Shown: positions 49,470 to 59,903 of the stretch, piece after piece | How positions within the stretch are numbered: position 1 is the stretch's first letter | Layout: the number at the start of each line of letters is the position of its first letter | Assembly: GCA_019163135.1 (NCBI GenBank) | Contig: JAFLKR010000041.1 | Coordinates: 6,741-70,740 of the forward strand | Source: Desulfobulbaceae bacterium | Lineage (GTDB): Bacteria; Desulfobacterota; Desulfobulbia; Desulfobulbales; Desulfobulbaceae | Reading direction: 5' to 3' | Length of the DNA: 64,000 bases | Made by a program: the position numbers and the translations under genes | The notes under the pieces: generated by a model | The model's input: only the letters and a program-made list of their open reading frames with translations | The model's database searches: none | What the model was told of the DNA's origin: nothing

Positions 49470-51947
49470 ATGCTGGACCAGTATAGAAAAAACGCTGACC
49501 AACGTGCCGCACTCAAGGTGCCGCCCTTACCGCTGACCGAGGGACAGACCAGAAAATTGACCCAATCCTTGACCAAAGGACCTTTTGAGAGCGCCCTGCT
49601 CCTTGAACTGCTGGCAGAACGGGTGGAACCAGGGGTGAGCAAAGCGGCGGCGATCAAGGCAGAATGGCTGGAACAGGTCGCGATGGGCCAGATAGTTGTC
49701 GAGCAATTACCGCCTGAGGCGGCCATCCGTATGCTCTCGCAAATGGGTGGAGGCTATAATGTGGCGGTCCTTATACGTCTTCTCAGGATCGAACCGCTGG
49801 CGACAGCATCCGCCGAGGCCCTCAAGAGGTTAACCAAGGTCTACGAGGCCTTTGATGAAGTGGTTGAACTCTCCGTCCAGAGCCAGGCCGCGCAAGGTGT
49901 GCTCGAATCCTGGGCAGCAGCGGACTGGTTCACCCGCAGTCCGGAAGTGCCGGAACAGATAACCTTTACTGTCTACAAGGTCGAAGGGGAGATCAATACC
50001 GATGATTTCTCGCCTGGCAATCAGGCCCAGTCTCGGGCCGACATCCCCCTGCACGCCACCTTTTTTGGGAAAAGCCGTTTCCCCGACGGCATCCAGACAA
50101 TCGCCGAATTCCGTCGGCAGCACCAGACCGTAGCCTTTGCCGGCGATGTGGTCGGCACTGGCTCCTCACGGAAATCCGCGATCAATTCGTTAAGCTGGCA
50201 CCTCGGTGAGGATATCCCCCACCTCCCCAACAAGCGGCGGGGTGGCCTGGTGCTTGGCGGTACCATTGCGCCCATCTTTTACGCCACGGCCCGCGATGCC
50301 GGGGTTCTGCCGATTCAATGCGACGTCACCCAATTGCAAACCGGCGATCAGTTGGTGCTTAATCTGCACCGGTGGACCCTGTGCAACCAAAGCGGCGAAC
50401 AAATTCCCATGGATGCGGCACCGGTGAGCTTGCTCGATGAATATCGCGCCGGCGGCCGGCTCAATCTGATTATCGGCCGGAATCTCACCCGCTCGGCCTG
50501 CAAGGCGCTGGGGCGACCGGCCCCCAACTTCTTCAAGGAAACCGAAAATCCGCAGCCCAAAACAAACCAGGCCTACACCCTGGCCCAAAAGATGATCGGC
50601 CGGGCCTGCGGGCTACCCGGGGTTTTGCCGGGGATGGTATGCGAACCGCGGATGTCGACGGTTGGCTCACAAGACACAACCGGGCCCATGACCATGCAGG
50701 AAATCGCCGAACTGGCCTGCCTGCACTTCAAGGCGGATCTGTTCATGCAGTCGTTCTGCCATACCGCCGCCTATCCCAAAGCCTCGGACCTGGGCCGCTG
50801 GCAGACGGTGACCGAAACTACTCTGGGGTGCGGCGGGGTCGCTTTGAAACCGGGTGACGGGGTCATTCACTCCTGGCTCAACAAAATGCTGGTTCCCGAC
50901 ACCGTCGGCACCGGTGGCGACAGCCATACCCGTTTCCCGCTGGGCATCTCTTTTCCGGCCGGCTCGGGCCTGGTGGCCTTTGCCGCCGCCCTGGGCTTCA
51001 TGCCGCTGGAGGTCCCCGAATCGGTGCTGGTCCGATTCCATGGACAACGCCTGCCCGGCATCACTGTCCGCGACATGGTCAATGCCATCCCCTATACCGC
51101 CATTCGGCAGGACCTGCTGACCGTCGACAAAAAAGGGAAGAAAAACGTGTTTGCCGGGACCATACTTGAAATAGAGGGCGTCGACGATCTCAGTGTAGCC
51201 GAAGCCTTTGAACTCAGCGATGCCTCGGCGGAACGCAGCGCCGCCGCCTGCACAGTTAAACTCGCGGTCCCCGCAGTGGTCGCCGAAGTTGAGCGGAATG
51301 TGGTCCTGCTCAGGCAACTGATTGCCGAGGGATACGGGGCGCGCGACACCCTGACGCGACGCATTGCCGCCTTGGAACAATGGTTGGCCCGGCCGGAGTT
51401 GCTCCGCCGGGACGAAGGGGCCGAATACAAGACCATTCTCGAAATCGATCTGGCCACTATCACCGAACCGATTCTCGCCTGCCCCAACGATCCCGACGAT
51501 GTCCGCCTGTTAAGCGAAGTGGCCGGGACCCCCATCGACGAGGCCTTTATCGGCAGTTGCATGACCCATCTCAGCCATCTCCAGGCTGCGGCCCGCCTGT
51601 TTAAGGATGAGCCCTATGCCGCCAGCCGGTTATGGATTGCCCCGGCAACCCGTATGGATCGGGAGGCGATCCAGCAGGAAGGGGGTTTGAGCATCTTTGC
51701 CCAGGTCGGCGGGCGGGTGGAAATCCCCGGCTGCAGCCTCTGCATGGGCAATCAGGCCCGGGTCAGACCGGGTTCCACAGTGATGTCCACCTCGACCCGC
51801 AATTTCGACAATCGCCTGGGCGATAGGGCACTGGTGTATCTCGGCTCCACCGAAGTGACGGCAATCAGTGCTCTGCAAGGCGCCCTGCCCACCGTGGCCG
51901 AATATTTTGCTTTCCTTGAGAAAAAAGGGGGAATGACCGCCGCTTGA
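49470..51947 (+). CDS. acnB: Aconitate hydratase B (AcnB family)
   Basis: NTDDFSP, GSSRKSA, GSQDTTGPMT, QSFCHTAAYP, GGDSHTRFP, FIGSCMT, GCSLCMGNQ, STRNF. Confidence 0.95.
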   Translation: MLDQYRKNADQRAALKVPPLPLTEGQTRKLTQSLTKGPFESALLLELLAERVEPGVSKAAAIKAEWLEQVAMGQIVVEQLPPEAAIRMLSQMGGGYNVAVLIRLLRIEPLATASAEALKRLTKVYEAFDEVVELSVQSQAAQGVLESWAAADWFTRSPEVPEQITFTVYKVEGEINTDDFSPGNQAQSRADIPLHATFFGKSRFPDGIQTIAEFRRQHQTVAFAGDVVGTGSSRKSAINSLSWHLGEDIPHLPNKRRGGLVLGGTIAPIFYATARDAGVLPIQCDVTQLQTGDQLVLNLHRWTLCNQSGEQIPMDAAPVSLLDEYRAGGRLNLIIGRNLTRSACKALGRPAPNFFKETENPQPKTNQAYTLAQKMIGRACGLPGVLPGMVCEPRMSTVGSQDTTGPMTMQEIAELACLHFKADLFMQSFCHTAAYPKASDLGRWQTVTETTLGCGGVALKPGDGVIHSWLNKMLVPDTVGTGGDSHTRFPLGISFPAGSGLVAFAAALGFMPLEVPESVLVRFHGQRLPGITVRDMVNAIPYTAIRQDLLTVDKKGKKNVFAGTILEIEGVDDLSVAEAFELSDASAERSAAACTVKLAVPAVVAEVERNVVLLRQLIAEGYGARDTLTRRIAALEQWLARPELLRRDEGAEYKTILEIDLATITEPILACPNDPDDVRLLSEVAGTPIDEAFIGSCMTHLSHLQAAARLFKDEPYAASRLWIAPATRMDREAIQQEGGLSIFAQVGGRVEIPGCSLCMGNQARVRPGSTVMSTSTRNFDNRLGDRALVYLGSTEVTAISALQGALPTVAEYFAFLEKKGGMTAA

Positions 51948-51978
51948 ATCAGGATGGAGTTCGATGGCGAAACCGATT

Positions 51979-54294
51979 TCAGATGACCATCTGACCGGTG
52001 ATCAGTTGCCCGTCGAACACCTTGGCGAGGTTGTTGTCGATGACGTAGATGCAAATTTCTTTGGCGCCTTGACGGCTATAGCCGAATTTCTTCTGGAGAT
52101 TCTCCATCATAAAACCGACATCGCTTTGGACTTTTTGATCATAGGTCTTGAATGACTCCTGATCGAACTCCTTGACCGCCCGCCTGAAATTTTCGTTTTC
52201 CTGAAACGGTATCATCACCTTGTCTTTGAGATTATGGATATACCGCTCGTGGAGGTGAAGATAGAGCGTGGTTTCGGTGATATCCAGGTTGTCGCGCAGG
52301 ATTTCCTGGGTGAGGGCTGTCGTGGTATAGGTCCTCTGGACGCTATTTCTGAACGCAACGGCCTCACTGGGTTTGACCATCAGCCGGGATTCGATCCGCT
52401 GAAAGAAGGTCTCGGTAATCTCCAACTTTTCCTTGGTGAACCGGCAGATCTCCGTGGTGCCCGGTTCAAAGTTGACCGCAAACATATAATTCTGAAGGTC
52501 TTTGGCAATCTGCTCCTCGTTATAATAGTACAGCGACTCCTTGACCGACTGCAGAACCGAATAGTTGTACATCCGCACCAATGAATCCAGAAAGCCCACG
52601 GGCAGTATCTCTTTATCTTTCTTGCAGTATTTCCTAAAAAATTTGCCGAGCATGGACATATCGATCAATTTGTCGTCCCGCTCGTAGGTCGAATAAAATT
52701 CGTTGAACATCCGGATGGAGTCACGGCCGGAAAGGCCTCGCCAGCCATCCTGCTCGGACTCGGCAATAATCTTGAGCCGTCGCTTCGAGGTGAACCGTTC
52801 CACGTCCTCCTCCTCCAACCAGGCCGGGATATATCCGGTATAAATCTCCATCTTGAGCAGTTGCAGATTCCGGTCGCAGTAGAGTTCATACTTTTCGAAA
52901 TCCTTGATCCACTCCAGCATGGCATCCGATTTGGCCCGCAGGCGGGTGGCGACGATCACCCGGGCAAAATTATGGAGCACCCTCGGCAGAAAACTCTTAT
53001 CGATGTCCTTGCCAAAAACCCCGCGGTATATCTCCACCTCCGTTTTGATATCAAGGACATAGGGAATATTGACATATTCGATTCGATCCGAAAAGGCGGC
53101 CAGATCGGTCAGCACCTTCTTGTCCTCGGGATTCATCAGGGCGAAAAACAAGGAGTTGACCCGCTCCTCAATCTGCTCGACCTTATGGACGCCGTCACTG
53201 ATGATATTGTGCAGATCCATCAAGCGTTCGGTGTTGTGCGACTTGACATCCATGAGGGCATAGATGCCGTTGTTGATCTTGGCATAATTGGAATAGAGGT
53301 AAGGCACCTTGCCGCTCGTTGAAAACATACCATCAAGCGAACGCTGCACGTCCTCGTTGCTGATGACATTCTTCAATGACCGCCGGTCACCCGGGTTAAA
53401 GACGGAGATGCCGTTGCCCAATCGGCGATTGAAAACATAGGGCCGGGCCGAGATGCATTCGAAAACCTTCAGAGGATCCCCGTATTGCTTGAGCAATTCC
53501 TGGTACAAGGAGGTGCAGATCGTGCACGGCTCATCCCGAAAAACCCATTCATATTTCTTTTCGGTAAAAAGAAGCCTTTTAAAATGGTCGTCTTCGAGGA
53601 GGTCGTCGAGAAAACGGCGGCGGATTTCTTTGGGCACCAGCAGAATCGGGTGATCATGGCTGGGGCAGGGCAGGGTCAGCACGCTCGCTGAACCGGCGTT
53701 ATTTTTTTCCATGTGGAGATGACGACTGTTGCCGCCGGTCTCGTCAGGCAATTCGTCCCCCAGCAACCGGGAGAGTTTGGTTGCCAGAGAGACCACGCTG
53801 TGGACGCCTCCGGCCAGGATATTTTCCTTAAGTTTCCAGACCACCTCAAACCGGGTGCCCTCCGGGGTGTTGGCATACTGCTCGAATTTACGCAACAGAT
53901 TGTTGAGAAAGGTGGATTTGCCGCTGCCGTGCGGCCCGTCAAAGATATAAATTTTGTTCTGCTGGTCGCCGACCGACAGGGATTCCACATGCCTGATCAA
54001 CCGGTTGGCAAAGAGACGATCCGCAAAAAACGGCCGGTCCGAACCTTCGACGAACAATCGGCTGCAATCATAGTTGAGGTAATTGATGGATTCCGGGTCA
54101 TCCCGGTATTCGTCGACGCCGTCACGGACAAAATAATGCACCATATCAGCATAAACCTGGGCGACATTGCGGATGTTCCGTTCGGGCCGCTCGACCACTT
54201 CCCGCAGGTAGTCGGTAAAAGAAAGTTCAGATTGATGATTCCGATTGCCCTTGTATTGCTCAAGAGTATGCAAGGCCTTGGTCAGTTCACGCAT
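51979..54294 (-). CDS. PrkA/YeaG-family AAA+ protein, second paralog
   Basis: Walker A GPHGSGKST; CPSHDHP; NNGIYALMD; FSDRIEY.NIPY. Confidence 0.85.
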   Translation of the reverse strand: MRELTKALHTLEQYKGNRNHQSELSFTDYLREVVERPERNIRNVAQVYADMVHYFVRDGVDEYRDDPESINYLNYDCSRLFVEGSDRPFFADRLFANRLIRHVESLSVGDQQNKIYIFDGPHGSGKSTFLNNLLRKFEQYANTPEGTRFEVVWKLKENILAGGVHSVVSLATKLSRLLGDELPDETGGNSRHLHMEKNNAGSASVLTLPCPSHDHPILLVPKEIRRRFLDDLLEDDHFKRLLFTEKKYEWVFRDEPCTICTSLYQELLKQYGDPLKVFECISARPYVFNRRLGNGISVFNPGDRRSLKNVISNEDVQRSLDGMFSTSGKVPYLYSNYAKINNGIYALMDVKSHNTERLMDLHNIISDGVHKVEQIEERVNSLFFALMNPEDKKVLTDLAAFSDRIEYVNIPYVLDIKTEVEIYRGVFGKDIDKSFLPRVLHNFARVIVATRLRAKSDAMLEWIKDFEKYELYCDRNLQLLKMEIYTGYIPAWLEEEDVERFTSKRRLKIIAESEQDGWRGLSGRDSIRMFNEFYSTYERDDKLIDMSMLGKFFRKYCKKDKEILPVGFLDSLVRMYNYSVLQSVKESLYYYNEEQIAKDLQNYMFAVNFEPGTTEICRFTKEKLEITETFFQRIESRLMVKPSEAVAFRNSVQRTYTTTALTQEILRDNLDITETTLYLHLHERYIHNLKDKVMIPFQENENFRRAVKEFDQESFKTYDQKVQSDVGFMMENLQKKFGYSRQGAKEICIYVIDNNLAKVFDGQLITGQMVI

Positions 54295-54330
54295 CCGTTC
54301 ACCTTAGGTATCGCTTGATTTCTTGCGTTT

Positions 54331-55974
54331 TCATTCGGCCAGCGTCCTTGTCAGAGATCGGTCTTTCATGGCATAGCGGAATCGCTTCCAGTTAATGATC
54401 CTTTTCGGTCTCTCTTCCTTCAACTGACCGTCGCTCTCGCTGCCGGCTTTCACCGGAACCGGATCGCTGGTAAAGAGATGCACCTCACTGCCCCAGAGAA
54501 ATTCCACCCCCAGTAATACGCCCTGGATAAAATCACGGACCAGGGGCTTGCCCTCGAAAACATGATTGAGCACCAGCGCCTTGTTATCGGCAACGGCGAC
54601 CTCGATGCGAGGCGGATGATAGAGGCTATCGGCTACCATCTGTTTGTAGTCGACGGCCTTGCGACTGCGGACATAGTACTGCCAGGTCTTCCGTTCTTGA
54701 TTGAGCCGTTTGCCAACAACGAACAACCGGTGCAGATCAACGAATTCCTGATCGAGAAAACTGTTGATAAACATGGAATCACAGTAATTCTCGCGAATAT
54801 GGAAAATGAAATCCCGTCCCTTGCCGGTACCCTGGTCAAAGGTGCGCCGCTGGTGCTGATCGGCGGTTTGGAAATATTCCAAACCCATCCTCCCTTTTTC
54901 GGCCTGCTCTTCCAGATACTGAAATAGACGCATGCCCAAAGCGTAGGGATTGAGCCCCACCCGGGGCATGGAGGTGACCTTGGCATTGACGATAGCGAAA
55001 TCGACCTCGTGACCGTTGATCCGATCATCGCCGAGAAACAGTTGTTCATGCCAGTAACTGGCCCAGCCTTCATTAAGGATTTTGGTACGGATCTGCGGTT
55101 GAAAATAGAGCGAGGTGGAACGGACTACCTCCATGACCATCAGCATCCACCGGTTTTCCTCGCGATTGAGGAAGGGGGAATACTCCATCAGAAATCGCAG
55201 CAGATCACAGCGGCCGACCGTTTTCTTTTCCACCAATTTCTTGGCATAGAGGGCCTCCAACTCGGAGTGCTTTTCGGTGATCGATTTTATAAAAAGGAGT
55301 TCGCCGTCCTCGGGATGCTCCCGAAGCATCCGGTTGTATCGTTCAATTTCTTTGGAAAAGGTGTTCATCGAACTGCGGAGCCCGTGCTGGAGAAACACAT
55401 CGAAATAAAAGTCCAGCATTGAAGAACTGCGGTCGCCGTCAGTCTGGTTGATGTTGGCCAGCAGATCGTAATACCCCACCAGATTGTCGATGGTCTTGGA
55501 AAATTCGATCACATAATCGACCCACCGCCCTTTTTCCGAACGCAGGCGGGCGATAAGCCGCTTATCGGCCAGGGCCCGGCTGGTAAAATCATACTCCGCA
55601 GTGTGGCGAAAGAAGAGATTGTTCTGAAAAAAATCGATGTGGCCGATAACGTGATAAAAAATCATCACATTGAGCCAGTCGGGATTATTGTCGTTGTAAT
55701 AGGAGATAGGCGGGCGGGTATTGATGACGGTTTCATAGGGATTGTTGGGATAGAGCTCATAACGCCCGGATTCCCTCAACACCTCCACGTCCTGCACCCA
55801 GTAGTCGTAGAGGGTGGGGATCATGATTTTGGGCGACAACTCGAGGAGATCGCGATTGGTGACGATATACTCGAGAGTCTCGTCCCCAAAACGTAATCCG
55901 GCTTCCCGGGCGCGATCCTTGCACCCCTCCATGATCTTTTTGGCATGTTGACTGATCAGTTCCATAATCCCCAC
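54331..55974 (-). CDS. SpoVR/YcgB family protein
   Basis: PYETVIN, HVIGHIDFFQNN, YFQPQIRTKILNEGWASYWH, NPYALG. Confidence 0.92.
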   Translation of the reverse strand: MGIMELISQHAKKIMEGCKDRAREAGLRFGDETLEYIVTNRDLLELSPKIMIPTLYDYWVQDVEVLRESGRYELYPNNPYETVINTRPPISYYNDNNPDWLNVMIFYHVIGHIDFFQNNLFFRHTAEYDFTSRALADKRLIARLRSEKGRWVDYVIEFSKTIDNLVGYYDLLANINQTDGDRSSSMLDFYFDVFLQHGLRSSMNTFSKEIERYNRMLREHPEDGELLFIKSITEKHSELEALYAKKLVEKKTVGRCDLLRFLMEYSPFLNREENRWMLMVMEVVRSTSLYFQPQIRTKILNEGWASYWHEQLFLGDDRINGHEVDFAIVNAKVTSMPRVGLNPYALGMRLFQYLEEQAEKGRMGLEYFQTADQHQRRTFDQGTGKGRDFIFHIRENYCDSMFINSFLDQEFVDLHRLFVVGKRLNQERKTWQYYVRSRKAVDYKQMVADSLYHPPRIEVAVADNKALVLNHVFEGKPLVRDFIQGVLLGVEFLWGSEVHLFTSDPVPVKAGSESDGQLKEERPKRIINWKRFRYAMKDRSLTRTLAE

Positions 55975-56014
55975 CGGGGGCAGGTCGAAAACCCTTGCCC
56001 GTCCGCCCCCTCTC

Positions 56015-57421
56015 TTAAGAAATCAGATGTTTAATGCCTTCGATGATCCGGGCTTCGGTGCTCTCTTTGGACATCACATCCATACGCAACAGTTCCTTTT
56101 TGTCCTCCAGCAGACCGGATTTGGAGAGATAGCGTTCCACCTCGCTCCGACTGCTGCCGGCAAAGCCGTTCTCGGCGATAGTGATCCCGACCCGGCTGGC
56201 ATACACCAGCATCTTCTCCAACTCCGGCAGGGCTTCCTCGCCATAAGTGTCCCAATCGTCGCCATCGGTGCCGTGGAAGACATAGATGTTGGAGTCCCGG
56301 GCCAGTTCCTCCTCGGCAACAATCTGGTTGACCAGGCGATAAGCCGAGGAAACCTGGGTGCCCCCGGCGACCTGCATGGCGTAATAGGCCTGAAAATTGT
56401 CGACTTCTTTGGCCTCGGTGTCGTGAAGAATGAACCGGGTCGTCACCTGCTTCTGGTATTGATAGGTCAGCCAGGCATAAATCAGCACATGTTGGTTGAC
56501 CACCAGTTCGGTCGGCTTGCCGCCCATGGAACCAGAGTAATCACGGACAAAAAAAACCACGGCCTGGGATTCGTAATCCTTTTCTTTGGACAGGATCCGG
56601 TAAACGCGGTCACGGGGTGAGACGATCAATTTATCGGTGTCGATCTGGGTCAGGTCGTGGAGCCGCTGCAGGCCGATATTGGTCTGCAGCACCCGTTTCA
56701 ACGTCGCTTTTTTGTCGAGAATTTGACCGAACCCTCTATTTTTATCGGTGAGATCGTAGACATAGCGGGTCAGTGATCGCTTTTTCCCTTTGTCCTTAAG
56801 GTTGGGCAGGGCAAACTGTTCGGTCAGAATGCGGCCAAGATCATAGACCGTGGATTCGAGTTCATGACTGCCACCCTGGCCCTGACCGGCACCACTGCCG
56901 CCGCCCTGCTCCTCATGCACCGGTTGCTCACCGATGACTTCGCCCTCTTCGCCCTCACCGGTGCCGCCTTCTCCGGGCTCTTCCCCCTCCCCTTCACCTT
57001 CGCCTTCGCTCTCGTCACGAATTTGATCGTGGAACAGCTTTTCCTCGACGGTCGTCGGAATCACCACCACCTTATCGTCCCCGTCCCGCCCTGGCTTGAC
57101 CAGTTTGCCGACCCGAATCTTGCGGGGAAAACCGTCCTTTTCCCGCTGCAGATCGCGCTCCAACAGACGATCCAGAGTCTGATAGGCCACCATGGCGGTG
57201 ATCGGCGAGGGAAGCCCTTGCTGCAGCAACTCGGGATCGTTGTAGCGGTACAGCGAACGTGAACGGGGAGGCGGCGAGGCATTATGCTTCCGCTCCGGGT
57301 CCCCCACCTGTTTGGCCAGGTGCAGTTCCCACTCGATCACCTGTCGCTGCTCGGACGACAGCCCCCTAGCCTCTAATCTGCGGTACAGTTCCTGCAGTTT
57401 TTTCATTGCCGTTTCCGCCAT
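56015..57421 (-). CDS. DUF444 / YeaH-YhbH family vWA protein
   Basis: FFVRDYSGSM (MIDAS DxSxS), GGTQVSSA, HGTDGDDW; Gly/Glu-rich linker; start at ATG 57421 or 57406. Confidence 0.9.
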   Translation of the reverse strand: MAETAMKKLQELYRRLEARGLSSEQRQVIEWELHLAKQVGDPERKHNASPPPRSRSLYRYNDPELLQQGLPSPITAMVAYQTLDRLLERDLQREKDGFPRKIRVGKLVKPGRDGDDKVVVIPTTVEEKLFHDQIRDESEGEGEGEGEEPGEGGTGEGEEGEVIGEQPVHEEQGGGSGAGQGQGGSHELESTVYDLGRILTEQFALPNLKDKGKKRSLTRYVYDLTDKNRGFGQILDKKATLKRVLQTNIGLQRLHDLTQIDTDKLIVSPRDRVYRILSKEKDYESQAVVFFVRDYSGSMGGKPTELVVNQHVLIYAWLTYQYQKQVTTRFILHDTEAKEVDNFQAYYAMQVAGGTQVSSAYRLVNQIVAEEELARDSNIYVFHGTDGDDWDTYGEEALPELEKMLVYASRVGITIAENGFAGSSRSEVERYLSKSGLLEDKKELLRMDVMSKESTEARIIEGIKHLIS

Positions 57422-57449
57422 CTGGTCAGCCTTGCCGCTCGTCGGGGCC

Positions 57450-59513
57450 TTAGTTTTCGTCGACCTGGGTACAGAAATATTCAATGGTTTTCTGAGCACA
57501 GGTGAGGCAATAGCCGAGTTTATGCAGCATGGTGTCGATCATCCGGTCGTAGAGTTTCTGGTTTTCTTCGTTGGTCCGGTTGGCCAAGGCTCCGATCAGG
57601 CTGCCAGCCCCGGCGATATCGGACTTGAGCCGGACATCGGTAACCGCCTTGACCAACTCGAGGTTGTCCATAAAATCATAATCCGGATTCACCGATATTT
57701 TCTGGCCGTAAATCTTGCGGATCGAGGTACGGAAGGAGTCTTTCTGCTCCCGGATTTTCAAGCCCAGGCAGGCCTCCACCGAATCAATATAGCGTTCGTC
57801 AATCTTGAGGGCGAGCAACTCCCCGGTCTGCGGATTCTTGTACTTCCACATCCGGTCCACGCCCAGGTTCTCGGCATCTATGCCGATGATCATATTGACA
57901 TAGTTGATCACATCCTTGCGAACGGCCAGCGGTTCATCCATGTAGGCATTGAACATCTCGGTCATTATCCGCTCCCGATAGAGCCCTTTGGCGATCTTGA
58001 GATCATCGAGAAACTTGGCGCGGTCAGCGGCCTCGGAGACATAGTCGAGGATCACCCGCTCCAATGCGGTGAAAACATCATACGCAAACATGCAACGCCC
58101 CTCGTTGGTCTCGGAACTCTCCAGCATCAGTTGCATGGATCGGCCCATATTCCGCTGACCGAGCCCTTTCTGACCGAACCGTTTGGTGATGTCATGTTCC
58201 TGATTGAGGCCGTCAATCACCTCGGACAAAGTTTTAAGGCTCTTCTCCCCAGCAACCTCGCCGGCTGCCAGTTTCATGGTTTCAATAGGGGTCAGTTTTT
58301 CCGACCGGGGCAGACGGGTGAGGACTACCGCCGTTGAAGCGGCATAGTTGAGATTGGGATCCTGGTGCATAACGTCGCCGGTCAGGGTGGTTTTGGATTC
58401 GTTGCCGATGGCGTATCCGGTCAGGGCAAACTGCTGCCGGTAATTGGTATTGTGCGAAACATAGCAGATCCGGCAGCGGTCGATGATCGGCGCCTCCTCT
58501 TTTTCCGAGAGGAAGCGGTTGAACTCCGAATTGTTGCTGGTCGCAATAATCAGAGTATCGATCGGCCACTTGTAGCCGTCGATCTCGATGGTCCGGTTTT
58601 GGATAATGCCAAGATAAACCTGGACCAGATCTTTTTTGTTTTTGTAGATCTCGTCGCTGAAATGGATGCCGCCGCCGGCCACCCGGGCGAGGGCGCCCCG
58701 ACGGAGATCGAACCGGTAGGGGTTGTTGGTGTCGCTGATATGCAGCAGTCGCTGGATGGACTCCTCGCCCAACAGATCGACCGCCGACGAAGTAATTTTG
58801 TCCTTGGCCGGATATTTACCTGTCACCGTGCCCAAGCTCTCGATCAAGGGTACCTGAACGATTTCGATACATTGCAGCATCTCATCCAGGTTACCGTTGG
58901 TGGCATTTTTGATATCGTTCCAGATATAGGCGGAACAGGCCCCCAGCGGACGATAATTTTCGGCCCATTCGGCCAGCATCTGGTCACTGACCCGGAACTT
59001 CCTGGCCAGATATTGCAACGATTCCGCGCGGCCTTCATGCACGTTCAGCGCCAGGACCATTGGGTCTTCGTAGGTTTGCGACTCAATGGTTTTGATGTTG
59101 CCGTAGCTGCCAATCCGATCGAGGTTAATGAACCGGAATGTGTATTTTCGGTTCTTCGGCTGCGAGAGAAAATCGCGATACAGACCGCAGAGATATTCAA
59201 CCAGAAAAGTTTTGCCGTTACCGGGTTCACCAACCAGGACAAAGGCCATCTCCTTGGAGGAACCGCCCTGGGAGGCATCCTTGACGAACGAGACAAAGGA
59301 GTTGATCTCGTCGTACATGCCGATGATATGCTTTTTGCCTTCGCGAAAAATGGTGAAATCAAAGGTGCTCTTGCCGTTAACCATCACCTTATTGATGTCC
59401 TTTTCCAGGATCATCCGGCTGACACTCTGAAAAGCATTTTCAAAGACACGCTCACCCTTTTTAACTGCGGTGATGTGATGATGGAGTAAATTGTTCTTTG
59501 GTTCGGTCATCAT
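57450..59513 (-). CDS. prkA: PrkA/YeaG-family AAA+ protein (often annotated serine protein kinase)
   Basis: Walker A GEPGNGKT, Walker B HFSDE, IATSNNSE, APIIDR. Confidence 0.9.
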   Translation of the reverse strand: MMTEPKNNLLHHHITAVKKGERVFENAFQSVSRMILEKDINKVMVNGKSTFDFTIFREGKKHIIGMYDEINSFVSFVKDASQGGSSKEMAFVLVGEPGNGKTFLVEYLCGLYRDFLSQPKNRKYTFRFINLDRIGSYGNIKTIESQTYEDPMVLALNVHEGRAESLQYLARKFRVSDQMLAEWAENYRPLGACSAYIWNDIKNATNGNLDEMLQCIEIVQVPLIESLGTVTGKYPAKDKITSSAVDLLGEESIQRLLHISDTNNPYRFDLRRGALARVAGGGIHFSDEIYKNKKDLVQVYLGIIQNRTIEIDGYKWPIDTLIIATSNNSEFNRFLSEKEEAPIIDRCRICYVSHNTNYRQQFALTGYAIGNESKTTLTGDVMHQDPNLNYAASTAVVLTRLPRSEKLTPIETMKLAAGEVAGEKSLKTLSEVIDGLNQEHDITKRFGQKGLGQRNMGRSMQLMLESSETNEGRCMFAYDVFTALERVILDYVSEAADRAKFLDDLKIAKGLYRERIMTEMFNAYMDEPLAVRKDVINYVNMIIGIDAENLGVDRMWKYKNPQTGELLALKIDERYIDSVEACLGLKIREQKDSFRTSIRKIYGQKISVNPDYDFMDNLELVKAVTDVRLKSDIAGAGSLIGALANRTNEENQKLYDRMIDTMLHKLGYCLTCAQKTIEYFCTQVDEN

Positions 59514-59903
59514 GCCCCTCCTTGAACGAGGTAAGGATAAAAGTGCCCAGCTGATTTTAATGTTATTATCGCTGTAACCCTGTCGAAATTCAAGCAGTTA
59601 TTCTGAGCCGTTGGCTTCCATTACGATTAGGGTTGTTTTTTTTGGTGTTCAATTGATTATTTGAAAAAATAAGAAGTCCGCCGCTGGGGTACAAGAGGAA
59701 GGATACATTCTTTGCCGTGCAACGGTTTAATGTACTTACTGGTCAAAAAAGTCTGCAGTCCGATACCTTCGCAATGCATCTTTTTTTAAAGAAAAACAGC
59801 GCCCACCGGAAAGGATCCGGTGAGCGCTGAACATAGAGCACCTGCTGAAAATCGTGTTTGCAACTCGCCAACGGTCACGGTGGCGGCAACTAACACATCA
59901 GGA

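Noticed and set aside
56870-57020. Low-complexity GAAGGC/GAGGGC-type repeats
   Set aside because: They encode the Gly/Glu linker of DUF444; not a CRISPR or independent repeat element.
59520-59900. Expected sigma54 (-24/-12) promoter for the prkA operon
   Set aside because: The closest match, TGGGCACTTTTATCCT, lacks the -12 GC.
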